Shown piece by piece: positions 30,743-40,693 of a stretch of 64,000 nt of DNA. The notes below the pieces were generated by a model. It searched no databases, was not told the origin of the DNA, and saw only the letters and a list, made by a program, of their open reading frames with translations. Both the position numbers and the translations under genes were made by a program. The DNA is taken from assembly GCA_018335675.1 (NCBI GenBank), contig JAGXRQ010000018.1, positions 2,608 to 66,607 on the forward strand. Reading direction: 5' to 3'. Position 1 is the stretch's first letter. Each line of letters begins with the position of its first letter. The stretch comes from Bacteroidota bacterium (lineage in GTDB: Bacteria; Bacteroidota; Bacteroidia; Bacteroidales; UBA7960).

Positions 30743-30774
30743 CTATCGACTGTTGACTATCGACTGCCGACTAA
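30719..30774. repeat. Eight tandem heptanucleotide units (consensus CGACTGY)
   Basis: Units read directly: CAACTCT CGACTGC CGACTGT TAACTAT CGACTGT TGACTAT CGACTGC CGACTAA. The array spans the last codons of the glycosyltransferase gene, the 28-bp spacer, and the stop codon of the convergent chaN-like gene. Confidence 0.8.
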
Positions 30775-31646
30775 TAAGTCTTCGTCATATCCGGATCAAC
30801 AACAATAATAAAATCAGCCTTGCCTTTATTTAGTTCATGTAATTCATTGAGATTATCTTGTTCTACAGTGGTAATTGTAATCAAATTGTCTTTTTTTCCA
30901 TACTGGGTTAGATACCAAAAAATACCTTCATAATTATCAGAGTGGTATGCACCGTGAAAATGCAGAAAAACTTTGCCTTGAGAAAAGTTCTTGAGTATAA
31001 AATGCGCCATAGTTGCATCTTTAATAGCTTGGGCTTTGGGAAGATTTTCGTTAGAATGAGCCGGCATTCCTTGCATTTCCAGCATTGTTTTATAGCTTGG
31101 CAGTTCTGCATCATAAGGTACGGGAAGTGGTGGCAAATATTTCATTGCATCATATTCCAGTCCGAGCAAAGCATCAAATCCTTGACGATGAACCAGAGCT
31201 GCATATCTTCGCGGAATATTTGTGCCGACAAATGGGATGTTGTTATTCTTTGCAAATTCAACTAAGGGTTTATAATCAGTATCATAATTATTCCACATTT
31301 TTGCTTCGGCTTTAAAATTTCTTTCAGTAATTTTTCCCTGCAGATATTCATTAAGGATTAGCTGGTTGTCAGTTTCAAACATTTCGGCACCAAGAATAAG
31401 TTTATCGGATTTCTTTGCATAGATTTCTTTGGTAAGAGAAATTTGCAGCCAATGCGAAATTGGATTATTATGTAATTCTCCGAACAGAATAATGTCTGAT
31501 TTTAATGAGCTATCGAGCATTTTCTGAAAATCAGAAATGTTTCCGTCTTTATCATAAATCTTATATGCATACTTATGCTGGCCCATTGCGCTTGAATATA
31601 AGGCAATAGCAATCAAAAATAGAAAAATCGTTTTAAATGATTTCAC
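30771..31646 (-). CDS. ChaN-family (haem-binding uptake, Tiki-superfamily) protein
   Basis: 291 aa with a signal peptide. DIILFGELHNNPISHWLQ and GAEMFETDNQ blocks are typical of ChaN/PF04187-like proteins. Confidence 0.7.
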   Translation of the reverse strand: MKSFKTIFLFLIAIALYSSAMGQHKYAYKIYDKDGNISDFQKMLDSSLKSDIILFGELHNNPISHWLQISLTKEIYAKKSDKLILGAEMFETDNQLILNEYLQGKITERNFKAEAKMWNNYDTDYKPLVEFAKNNNIPFVGTNIPRRYAALVHRQGFDALLGLEYDAMKYLPPLPVPYDAELPSYKTMLEMQGMPAHSNENLPKAQAIKDATMAHFILKNFSQGKVFLHFHGAYHSDNYEGIFWYLTQYGKKDNLITITTVEQDNLNELHELNKGKADFIIVVDPDMTKTY

Positions 31647-31702
31647 GATGAAATGTTTTTAGTTAGAAATATTAAGTGAACCAAATTCTTTCTTGATTAT
31701 GT

Positions 31703-32200
31703 TCACAGCAGCAATCTTTTCAAATCATCTGAAGAGAATGATATTGGCGTAAGGTCTTCAGCTTTGGTGATTATAAATACTTTCCCGTATTCTCCTGTTA
31801 GAAGTATCTTGATAGGTTCCTTTTGTTTATGCTCGAACTCAAGTAAAACCTGTCGGCAGGAACCACAAGGGGATATGGGATAATTCATAGATTCTCGGGG
31901 GTTTCTTGCGGCTACAGCTATTGCTTTCATTTTAACATTGGGATACTGAGAAGATGCCGAGAAAACACAAACCCTTTCGGCGCATATTCCACTTGGATAT
32001 GCTGCGTTTTCTTGATTACTGCCGGTAACAATCTCTCCATTTTCCAACAAGATTGCAGATCCTACATAAAATTCAGAATATGGTGCATATGCATTAAAAG
32101 TCATTTTTCTGGCCAGGTGGATAAGTTTAATATCATCGGGTGACAATTCGTTTTCGTCCTCAACTTCGTAAATATCAATGCACAAGCTCTTTTTTTTCAT
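31703..32200 (-). CDS. cdd: Cytidine deaminase
   Basis: 165 aa. Zn-ligand motifs CAERVCVF and PCGSCRQVL. Confidence 0.85.
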   Translation of the reverse strand: MKKKSLCIDIYEVEDENELSPDDIKLIHLARKMTFNAYAPYSEFYVGSAILLENGEIVTGSNQENAAYPSGICAERVCVFSASSQYPNVKMKAIAVAARNPRESMNYPISPCGSCRQVLLEFEHKQKEPIKILLTGEYGKVFIITKAEDLTPISFSSDDLKRLLL

Positions 32201-32262
32201 ATCTGAGGTATTTAGGGGGATTTAATAGTGGCAATAAAATTACGAACTTAATTTCAATTCGC

Positions 32263-32300
32263 AAAAATAAAAAACCGCCTGACATTAACATCAGGCGGTT
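32263..32300 (-). terminator. Rho-independent terminator of the small acidic protein gene
   Basis: AACCGCCTGA (32273-32282) pairs with TCAGGCGGTT (32291-32300) around an 8-nt loop. On the minus strand the stem is followed by TTTTATTTTTGC. Confidence 0.7.
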
Positions 32301-32345
32301 AAACAACATGAAAAGGATTTCAACCAAAAACCAAAACCCATATTT

Positions 32346-32681
32346 TTATATTACAGACGCTTGCTTTGATTCATTCTGAAACTCCTCAAATAAAGCTTTT
32401 GTATTAATGATAGTTTCTTCCATTTCTTTTTCAGGAGTTGAGATAATTTCAAGGTCAAAAACGTTACCGTCAAAACCTATCAAATCTTTGCTTTGTTCTT
32501 CTTTTAATACTTCTATTGTAACTGCAGGAACTTCTTCTTCAACTTCTTTCTCTTCTTCAACAAACAATTCTAGTTCTTGGCCTGTGCTTGTTATAAAATG
32601 AAGTCTTTGAATTCTTACTTGAGATTGTACTGTGCAGATAATCATTGAGATAATTGCTAGTGTTAAGATTACTTTTTTCAT
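32346..32681 (-). CDS. Hypothetical small secreted acidic protein
   Basis: 111 aa. Signal peptide MKKVILTLAIISMIICTVQSQ, then a Glu-rich sequence. The gene has its own terminator. No motif recognised. Confidence 0.5.
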   Translation of the reverse strand: MKKVILTLAIISMIICTVQSQVRIQRLHFITSTGQELELFVEEEKEVEEEVPAVTIEVLKEEQSKDLIGFDGNVFDLEIISTPEKEMEETIINTKALFEEFQNESKQASVI

Positions 32682-32860
32682 GGCTTTAGAGATTTAAGAT
32701 TTATTTTTGTTTAGTTTGTTGGCTTTTTCTATGCATAAGACGGGTTGACATATTAAAAGTTACAGAGGCCCAAAATAAATTTTAGTTAATCATCGTTAAA
32801 ACTGTCGAAAAAGCTATCTGATCAGGATTATATGATAATAATGCAACGTCGCTTTTTTTG

Positions 32861-32868
32861 TATTTTTG
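32861..32868 (+). promoter_or_regulatory. Candidate -7 promoter box (TATTTTTG) for the 751-aa orphan gene and tilS
   Basis: Exact TAnnTTTG match 37 nt upstream of ATG 32905. Confidence 0.3.
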
Positions 32869-32904
32869 CAAACAATATTCATTTTTTTATAAAAAAAACA
32901 AGAT

Positions 32905-35160
32905 ATGATTAAGTCAAGAAAACACCTTTTTGAACTTTATGTTTTATTGTTTCTTTCAATAACAATTGGCAGTTTAAAAAACTCAGAGGCGAGTTTTTAT
33001 ATTAGCGACAATATAATTGGAAATGATTCTATAGAAAACATAGACATAAATGAAGTAAGGCAAAAAACTACGGCTAAAAGAGTTATCAGCTCTCAGGTTA
33101 TTTCAAACAATGTTTCAGATATTTCGCTAAGAGTTAATAATGTTGAGTATTTCTATTTAAAAAATAATCAAACTTATAACAACGAGAATTTCCTTTTTTT
33201 TAAGGCAGAAAATAATCAGGTTGTTGCAGAAGTGAGAATATATCCTGAAAAAGAAGGAATAGCAATACCCGGGCTTAGAATAATTAATTCGCCAGATTAC
33301 GACATTATTGATACACTCTTATTTATAAACAACAACCATTATCGTTCAAGGATACGATTCAACAATCTAGCAAAAGCAGAATATCCGGTATTATTAATAA
33401 GTTATTTGAATTCTAACAGTCAGATCACAAACAAAGAAATTAAGCTTGCACCATATTTTATTCCTACACTGCAATATGACGATTCATCAGTTGAGCTATT
33501 CAGAGGAGAGGAAAAAACTATAGAAATAAGCGGTACAAATTTATTTAGTGTAGAGCTTTATCCTGAATGGACAAAACACAACAGTTTAGATTACAAATTA
33601 ATCCGACATGGAAATAATCTTAGACTTTTGGTAAGAGCAAATAATACAGGCGACATTAGTCTTCCTCTTGAAATAAAGACAATTTCACCGGTTATTAATG
33701 AAAGTAATGAGGTAAGTAATTATATAGAAACTATCACTCTTAAGTTTAATGTAAAGCCAAGCCGATTGCAGTTTCTAAATACAGACAAAAACGTTGTTTA
33801 TTTCGAGCCCGACAGACGCAAGAGTGAGGAAATAAGATTAGATTATCACCCTTCATTCGAACTTAGAAAAAACTACCGTATAGAGGATAAACAAGAACAG
33901 GGTGGGACATTCATTGCAGAAATTTTTATTAAATCAATTACATCAGACAATAAAGTATTGGCCGACATAAGAACATACGATTTGCATAGGATGAGCGATG
34001 GTTATTTGTATATAAAAGATGGCAACAAAACAGTATTCATGACAAACTTCAATATTGTAAACAGGCCTGAAATAACAAAAATCGAAATACTTCGGGAAGG
34101 TGGCGATTGGACAACAAGTCTTAATGTTTTTCCGGGTGAAAAGTTTGAAGTTAAGGTAGAAGGCAATGGATTGCTTGATGCAAGTATTACGTTTGACGGG
34201 TGTATACAAAAGAAAGACAGCATAAGGCAGAGCGACAGGATTTTGTTTTATGAAATTTCAGTGCCTATAAACATCCCAAGAAGAAAAATAATGATATTTC
34301 TAAACCAGGCTATTTCCCAGCATGAACTCTTGGTAAGAGAATACCAGAGGCCGGCAGATCTGGATTTTGTAAAAATCAACTATGGTACAAGAAATTATGA
34401 AATTACAAGCTCACATTTCAATCAGCCTGTTTTTTATAATCAAACAATAAGAGATGTAAATATTATCTTCGATGCAGACAAAATAGACAATAATAGGCTC
34501 AATGGCAAGCAATATCTTACAATAGAAGTTAGGATATTAGATGAAAACAACCGATTGCTTGATTTTCAGACAATCTCAAACATAGTTGTTTGTCCTGGAG
34601 AGAATTCGCCTCGCTATGCCTTTTATGGTGAAACTGATTGCAAGCAACAGACTATACGGCTTAATGATTATTTAATAAGAAAAACATACAACCTAGATGC
34701 TTTTTCTCAGATAATAATTACAGTAAAGCACAGCGAAAATCATCATAGTTCAGGCGCAAAAAGTCAAAAAGCAACAATTTTTGCTGAAAGAAAATACAGT
34801 TTTGACATTATGGTTTCATTTCCTGCGGGGCTATTGGTGAAGGAGTTTAGCCAGAGTGGGATAGGCAACCTTTCAGGGATTAGCACATCTGTGTTGGCAG
34901 AGATTAGTTTTTACGACCCTAAAAGAATTGGAACAAAAAGACCTTATAAGTTTGGCGCCGGATTTATTGCACTAAATGCCTTCAATTTTGGCGAGAGCGC
35001 CAATATAAAAAGAGATATAGGGATTGTAGGCATAGCCGTAATTGAGCCAATAAGGGGTTCGGCGAAATTTAGTGTACCTATTTATTTAGGAATAGGTTAT
35101 TTGTTGAAAGAAAATGATTTTTTTGCTATATTTGGACCGGGCATCAGACTACATTTTTAA
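32905..35160 (+). CDS. Large hypothetical exported protein with a beta-barrel-like C-terminus
   Basis: 751 aa with an N-terminal hydrophobic signal-like segment. The last ~110 aa show alternating hydrophobic strands and end in ...GPGIRLHF (terminal Phe). Its stop is 2 nt from the tilS ATG. Confidence 0.6.
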   Translation: MIKSRKHLFELYVLLFLSITIGSLKNSEASFYISDNIIGNDSIENIDINEVRQKTTAKRVISSQVISNNVSDISLRVNNVEYFYLKNNQTYNNENFLFFKAENNQVVAEVRIYPEKEGIAIPGLRIINSPDYDIIDTLLFINNNHYRSRIRFNNLAKAEYPVLLISYLNSNSQITNKEIKLAPYFIPTLQYDDSSVELFRGEEKTIEISGTNLFSVELYPEWTKHNSLDYKLIRHGNNLRLLVRANNTGDISLPLEIKTISPVINESNEVSNYIETITLKFNVKPSRLQFLNTDKNVVYFEPDRRKSEEIRLDYHPSFELRKNYRIEDKQEQGGTFIAEIFIKSITSDNKVLADIRTYDLHRMSDGYLYIKDGNKTVFMTNFNIVNRPEITKIEILREGGDWTTSLNVFPGEKFEVKVEGNGLLDASITFDGCIQKKDSIRQSDRILFYEISVPINIPRRKIMIFLNQAISQHELLVREYQRPADLDFVKINYGTRNYEITSSHFNQPVFYNQTIRDVNIIFDADKIDNNRLNGKQYLTIEVRILDENNRLLDFQTISNIVVCPGENSPRYAFYGETDCKQQTIRLNDYLIRKTYNLDAFSQIIITVKHSENHHSSGAKSQKATIFAERKYSFDIMVSFPAGLLVKEFSQSGIGNLSGISTSVLAEISFYDPKRIGTKRPYKFGAGFIALNAFNFGESANIKRDIGIVGIAVIEPIRGSAKFSVPIYLGIGYLLKENDFFAIFGPGIRLHF

Positions 35161-35162
35161 AT

Positions 35163-36497
35163 ATGAACCAGGTAATACAATTTCTGGATTTTGTTGACAC
35201 CAACAAAATATTTGCCTTTAACCAAAAGACTCTTTTGGCAGTTAGCGGTGGGCTTGACTCTGTAGCCATGGTTCATCTTTATAAAATGGCCGACCTCAAC
35301 TTTTCTATAGCTCATTGCAACTTTGGATTGAGAGGTGAAGAGTCGGAAGAAGATGAGTCTTTTTGCCGTAATCTTGCTGAACACTATGATGTTTCTTTTT
35401 TTACAATTAAATTCAACACTCTTGAATACTCCCAAATAAACCGCCTTTCTATTCAAACAGCAGCCCGTGAATTAAGATATAAATGGCTGGAAGAGATTCG
35501 CCATAAGCACAACCTCGAATTTATTGCGACTGCTCATCACCTCGACGACAATGCAGAAACTATGTTGTTTAACATGGCTAGAGGCACAGGCTATACTGGA
35601 CTAAGCGGAATTCCATTGGTTAACAACAAAGTTATAAGGCCATTAATGTGTTTTCAAAAAAATGACCTTGTTCAGTTTGCTGAAAAACACAACCTTGAGT
35701 ATAGAGAAGATTCATCAAATGCAAAAACAGATTACACAAGAAATAAAATCAGACATCAGGTTATTCCACATCTAAAGGAAATAAATCCTGCCGTTATAAA
35801 GAATTTTGCTTCATTATCGCACATTGTAAAGAAAAGTGATGAGCTTTTAAACTTTTTAATTGACAAAGAAGAGCTAATTATTGAAAAAGGCAATGAATAT
35901 CATATCCCAATAAAGAAAATCAATAATTACCCCGACAGAGAAACAGTTTTATTCCATCTTTTAAAAAGATTTGGTTTTACGGCTGCACAAACAAAAATGA
36001 TCAAAAGCACTATTAAATCTCATTCAGGGAAATATCACGAAACCGATAATTACAAGCTAATAAGAGACAGGGATTATTTTATGATTTTCCCAAAACAGGG
36101 TCGAGGTATAATAGATGAGGTGTTAATTGACGTTGGGCAATCATACAAGATTTCTGACAATTTATTTTTTGAAACAGACATTATCGATTTTTTACCTGAT
36201 TATGAAATTTCCAAAGAAAATAACCATGTTGCTTTGGATTATGAAATGCTTACATTTCCTCTAACTCTGAGGCAATGGAGGCAGGGGGATGCTTTTCAGC
36301 CTTTTGGGATGGACGGAACTAAGAAAATTAGCGACTTTCTCATAGACATAAAAATGCCATTACACAAAAAAGATGAGGTTCTGGTGTTATTGTCGGGCGA
36401 TGATATTGTTTGGGTTGTTAATCACAGGCCAGACAACAGATACTCAATTACTCCACAAACAAATAAAATTTTTCTTGCCAAAGCCTTTTCAGCATAA
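35163..36497 (+). CDS. tilS: tRNA(Ile)-lysidine synthetase
   Basis: 444 aa. PP-loop LLAVSGGLDSVAM and TAHHLDDNAET. Confidence 0.9.
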   Translation: MNQVIQFLDFVDTNKIFAFNQKTLLAVSGGLDSVAMVHLYKMADLNFSIAHCNFGLRGEESEEDESFCRNLAEHYDVSFFTIKFNTLEYSQINRLSIQTAARELRYKWLEEIRHKHNLEFIATAHHLDDNAETMLFNMARGTGYTGLSGIPLVNNKVIRPLMCFQKNDLVQFAEKHNLEYREDSSNAKTDYTRNKIRHQVIPHLKEINPAVIKNFASLSHIVKKSDELLNFLIDKEELIIEKGNEYHIPIKKINNYPDRETVLFHLLKRFGFTAAQTKMIKSTIKSHSGKYHETDNYKLIRDRDYFMIFPKQGRGIIDEVLIDVGQSYKISDNLFFETDIIDFLPDYEISKENNHVALDYEMLTFPLTLRQWRQGDAFQPFGMDGTKKISDFLIDIKMPLHKKDEVLVLLSGDDIVWVVNHRPDNRYSITPQTNKIFLAKAFSA

Positions 36498-36609
36498 ATC
36501 ATTCTAATAACTTTGCAACTTACAAATACACGTATAAACATTTTTGCATATTTGATGTTAGAATTTAACAAGCAAAATCACCATAGTTCAATTAATTAAA
36601 CTTATTATC

Positions 36610-38655
36610 ATGAAGGTAAGAATCACATTTCTTTTTGTTTTTTTAATCTTAGCAGGATTATTTTCAAATAACGTTTCAGCTCAGGTATTACAGCCTGTAA
36701 CATGGAGTTTTTCTCAAGCTTCCATTGGTGAAAACAAGTATGAATTAACCTTTAAAGCAGTTATAGACAAGGGTTGGTCTATTTATGGGCTTGATATAAA
36801 GCCGGGTGGACCTATTGCTACTGCATTTGAATTCACAGAGGCAAGCGGTTACAAGCTTATTGGAAAAATGAAATCTCCAGAAGCTGTTGTTAAATTTGAC
36901 CCTAATTTCAACATGGAATTGGCAATGATTTCCAACATAGCTGTATTCAAACAAACAGTTGAAGTTTTGACAGAAGACCCTGTTAATGTTAAAGGAGAGC
37001 TCGTATTTATGAGTTGTGATGCAACTTCATGTCTTCCTCCTGATTATATAGAGTTTGAATTTAGATTACCCGGAAAAGTAGTTGTTAAAGAAGAAAAAGT
37101 TGAAACAACGAAAGAAGAGTCAACAGAGGCTTTGGTAGAAGAGACAGTTACTAATGACGAACAAATAGAAACTGCGGAAGTCGATGCACTCAAAGAGACC
37201 GAAAAGGAATCAGGTTCTTTGTTATGGGATTTTATAAAAGGATTTTTAGGAGGGCTATTAGCATTGCTAACTCCATGTGTATTTCCTATGATACCACTTA
37301 CAGTAAGTTATTTTTTGCGTAATGCAGGAAAAAAGAGATCAAGAGCAATAAGAGATGCATTATTTTACGGAATCAGTATAGTGTTTAGTTATGTTGTATT
37401 AGGAATGGCTATATCTATAATCTTTGGAGCCGACACATTAAATATGTTGGCAACAAGCCCTGCGTTTAATATATTCTTTTTTGCACTGCTGGTATTTTTT
37501 GCAGCAGCATTTCTCGGGGCATTTGAGCTCACTATTCCTGCAAGCTGGTCAAATAAGCTAGACAGCAAAGCTGAAAAATCAGGAGGTTTAATCGGAGTGT
37601 TTTTAATGGGAGTTGTTTTTGTACTTGTATCATTTTCTTGCACAGGGCCCATTGTTGGAACTCTTTTGGTTGAGGCTGCCTCAGGAGGAAGCTTATTCTC
37701 CCCTGCTGTTGGTATGCTAGGATTTAGTCTTGCTCTTGCAATACCTTTTAGTTTGTTTGCTGTATTCCCAACTGCATTAAAGTCGCTGCCAAAATCAGGT
37801 GGCTGGATGAATTCAGTAAAAGTTGTTTTAGGTTTTATCGTATTGGCTTTTGCTTTAAAATTCCTTGCTACTGCAGACTCGGTAGCACAATGGGGATTAT
37901 TTTCAAGAGAGTTTTTTATTGTGATTTGGATGTCACTTTTCCTTCTTTTAGGATTGTATCTGCTTGGAAAAATTAAGTTTGCCCACGATTCTGATGTTTC
38001 TCACATCAGTGTTCCGAGACTATTTCTCGCGATAGTAAGTTTTTCATTTGTTTTCTATTTGTTACCCGGATTATTTGGAGCACCTTTAAAAACTGTGAGT
38101 TCGTTCTTGCCACCTATTACAAGTCAGAGTTTTGATCTTTCACGTGGCATTTCATCTACTCAGACTGTAAGCAACGATATTTACACCGGAAAAAGTGTTA
38201 AAGAAGGAGTTTACGGACTCTTGGCATTTACAGACTATGAAGAAGGTATGGAAGCGGCACGCAAAGCCGGGAAGCCTGTTTTCCTTGACTTCACAGGATT
38301 TGGCTGTTCTAACTGCAGAAAAATGGAAGCAGCTGTTTGGTCAGACCCCAGAGTATTAGACCGCCTTAAAAACAATTTTGTAAAAATCAGCCTGTATGTT
38401 GACGACAGAACAATGCTCCCAGAAGACCAATGGTTTGTTGACAAATCAGGTGGCAGAGAAAGAGAGATAAGAAGGGTAGGACAAAAGTGGAGCATATTTC
38501 AGGCCGAGAGGTACGAAATTAATACCCAACCATACTATTTGATACTTGACCATAATGAAAATAGTTTGGTAACCCCTCGTGGATTAAACACAAACATTGA
38601 GGAATATATTGAGTTCCTTGATGAAGGGTTGGAGAAGTTTAAAGAGAGTCGATAG
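36610..38655 (+). CDS. dsbD: Thiol:disulfide interchange protein DsbD
   Basis: 681 aa. Signal peptide, N-terminal Ig-like domain, polytopic core with LLALLTPCVFPMIPL and SFSCTGPIVG, and a C-terminal thioredoxin domain FTGFGCSNCRKME. Confidence 0.85.
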   Translation: MKVRITFLFVFLILAGLFSNNVSAQVLQPVTWSFSQASIGENKYELTFKAVIDKGWSIYGLDIKPGGPIATAFEFTEASGYKLIGKMKSPEAVVKFDPNFNMELAMISNIAVFKQTVEVLTEDPVNVKGELVFMSCDATSCLPPDYIEFEFRLPGKVVVKEEKVETTKEESTEALVEETVTNDEQIETAEVDALKETEKESGSLLWDFIKGFLGGLLALLTPCVFPMIPLTVSYFLRNAGKKRSRAIRDALFYGISIVFSYVVLGMAISIIFGADTLNMLATSPAFNIFFFALLVFFAAAFLGAFELTIPASWSNKLDSKAEKSGGLIGVFLMGVVFVLVSFSCTGPIVGTLLVEAASGGSLFSPAVGMLGFSLALAIPFSLFAVFPTALKSLPKSGGWMNSVKVVLGFIVLAFALKFLATADSVAQWGLFSREFFIVIWMSLFLLLGLYLLGKIKFAHDSDVSHISVPRLFLAIVSFSFVFYLLPGLFGAPLKTVSSFLPPITSQSFDLSRGISSTQTVSNDIYTGKSVKEGVYGLLAFTDYEEGMEAARKAGKPVFLDFTGFGCSNCRKMEAAVWSDPRVLDRLKNNFVKISLYVDDRTMLPEDQWFVDKSGGREREIRRVGQKWSIFQAERYEINTQPYYLILDHNENSLVTPRGLNTNIEEYIEFLDEGLEKFKESR

Positions 38656-39856
38656 ACTCTAAACAGGCTCTTTTTAAACTGTATATCGCTACAAACGCCA
38701 TCAACCCCATTCCTGTTTTTAAGGATTCTTCGTCTACATTAAATGTAGGTGTATGTAGGTTTGATGTTATTCCTGTTTTTTCATTGCGTATTCCTAATCT
38801 ATAAAAGCAGGAAGGTTTTCTTTGTGAGAAATATGCAAAATCTTCTGCTGTCATAGCAAGGTCTAATTCTTTTACATTTTCTTTTCCAAGGAAATCTGAA
38901 GCTGCCTCCACAAACTTAGCAGTTAGTTTGTCGTCGTTGACAAGGAAGGGATATCCTTTAGAAATTTTGACTTCACATTCGCCTCCCATGCTCCTGGCAA
39001 TTCCAGAAGCCATTTCGGTGATTTTCTTATGGGCTTCTGCCCTCCATTCTTCGGAGAATGTTCTGAGTGTACCATCAATTTTTACCTCATCAGGTATAAT
39101 GTTGTTTCTGCCCTCTCCTATTATTTTGCCAAACGACAAAACTGTTGGCATATAAGGTTTTGCGAATCTGCTGACTATTTGTTGCAAGCCAATTATAATA
39201 TGAGAAGCTATAACTATCGGATCAATATTAAGATGTGGAGTAGCTGCATGGCCTCCCCTGCCTTTTACTATTAAATAAACTTCATCTGTGCTGGCCATAT
39301 ACTGACCAGGCTTAACCCCAACCTGACCTGCATTTAGCCCTGGGAAAACGTGCTGTCCGAAGACAACCTCCGGAATAGGATTTTCGAGCACACCTTCATT
39401 TATCATCATTATGGCGCCTCCGGGATAAGTTTCTTCAGAGGGCTGAAAGATAAGTTTAATACTTCCCTCAAACTCATTTTTCATAGCTTGAAGTATTTTG
39501 GCTGCACCAAGTAAACATGCCATATGCACATCGTGTCCGCATGCGTGCATAACTCCGCTGTTCTTACTGGCATAATCTACATCGTTTGCCTCTTTTATCG
39601 GCAAAGCATCCATGTCTGCGCGCAATGCAACAACCTTACTGCCGGGGTTTTTACCTTTTATAATTCCAACTATTCCGGTTTTGGCAATTCCGGTTTTATG
39701 TTCTATGCCGAATGAATTTAGTTTCGCTGATATATAAGCCGCTGTTTCTGTTTCATGCAAGGATAATTCAGGGTGAGCATGCAAGTGACGTCTGATTTCG
39801 ACAACTTCATTATAATATTCCGAAACAAGAGATTTTATTTTTTCTTTGAGGTTCAT
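38639..39856 (-). CDS. M20-family amidohydrolase (N-acyl-L-amino acid amidohydrolase / hippuricase type)
   Basis: 405 aa. RRHLHAHPELS, ALRADMDALP and MHACGHDVH blocks. Confidence 0.85.
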   Translation of the reverse strand: MNLKEKIKSLVSEYYNEVVEIRRHLHAHPELSLHETETAAYISAKLNSFGIEHKTGIAKTGIVGIIKGKNPGSKVVALRADMDALPIKEANDVDYASKNSGVMHACGHDVHMACLLGAAKILQAMKNEFEGSIKLIFQPSEETYPGGAIMMINEGVLENPIPEVVFGQHVFPGLNAGQVGVKPGQYMASTDEVYLIVKGRGGHAATPHLNIDPIVIASHIIIGLQQIVSRFAKPYMPTVLSFGKIIGEGRNNIIPDEVKIDGTLRTFSEEWRAEAHKKITEMASGIARSMGGECEVKISKGYPFLVNDDKLTAKFVEAASDFLGKENVKELDLAMTAEDFAYFSQRKPSCFYRLGIRNEKTGITSNLHTPTFNVDEESLKTGMGLMAFVAIYSLKRACLESIDSL

Positions 39857-39913
39857 TTGCTTTTCTTTATGAGTTCAAAATTAGCAATATTTGAAATAGT
39901 TATAATTGTTTGC

Positions 39914-40690
39914 TTAAGAATATACCTCGGCCTCAAAACCAAGTGCTTCAACTTTCTGAGCGATTTCAAAAAGCTTTTCATGAGAAACTTTTTCAAGGTT
40001 CTCGGCGGGAGTTTCTCTGGCTATAGGATAAATCATAACGGAGCGCGGTTTAATCTGTTTTAAGAGATTAAGCCATGCATCTACTTCAGCTTCTGTAGTG
40101 TTATCTATCAAAACACCTTTATAGTTGCCTTTAACAAATAGCGTTTGTATAATGAGATTGCCATCAAACTTTTTAAGACTTTCTATCACTTCAGAAATTG
40201 AAATTTTAATTTTGGGATTATTAATTTTTTGAAATGTTTCGTCAGTGCCGGCGTCAAGTTTCATAATATTCTTATCTACTTTTAAGAGTGCATTAAAAAT
40301 ATCCGTTTCCCCTGCCATTGTTGAATTACATAAAACTGAAATTTTACAAGATGGAATGTATTTGTTTCTGAGTTCAACCGTATCATCAATAATTCCAGCA
40401 AATTCCGGATGCAGCGTTGGTTCACCGTTTCCGGCAAAAGTGATATTGTCTAGCATAGAATTTCTTTTCTGGATTTCAGAAAGCTTGTTTTCCAGTTCGG
40501 CTTTTATAAGATTTCGGGCGGGGAAATCGTGACACTTATCAGGAGGGGAAGTCCATCCACACTCGCAATAAAGACAATTAAAAGAGCAGTGCTTCAGATT
40601 TGGGGGAAGTAAATTAATGCCAAGAGAAACCCCAAGCCTTCTGCTTCGTATAGGACCAAAAATTATTTGTTCGAAAAGAAAACCAGCCAT
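39914..40690 (-). CDS. Radical SAM protein of unknown function
   Basis: 258 aa. N-terminal FGPIRSRRLGVSLGINLLP followed by the CxxxCxxC cluster CSFNCLYCECGW. The ATG lies 3 nt after the stop of the upstream helicase-nuclease gene. Confidence 0.8.
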   Translation of the reverse strand: MAGFLFEQIIFGPIRSRRLGVSLGINLLPPNLKHCSFNCLYCECGWTSPPDKCHDFPARNLIKAELENKLSEIQKRNSMLDNITFAGNGEPTLHPEFAGIIDDTVELRNKYIPSCKISVLCNSTMAGETDIFNALLKVDKNIMKLDAGTDETFQKINNPKIKISISEVIESLKKFDGNLIIQTLFVKGNYKGVLIDNTTEAEVDAWLNLLKQIKPRSVMIYPIARETPAENLEKVSHEKLFEIAQKVEALGFEAEVYS

Positions 40691-40693
40691 AAA

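Noticed and set aside
38639-38655. The 17-bp overlap of the convergent dsbD and M20 amidohydrolase 3' ends, and the 11-bp overlap of miaB with ispD at 18223-18233.
   Set aside because: Short convergent overlaps of stop-proximal codons are common in compact genomes. Both partners are full-length with intact C-terminal motifs, so there is nothing to suggest a frameshift or a regulatory antisense design.
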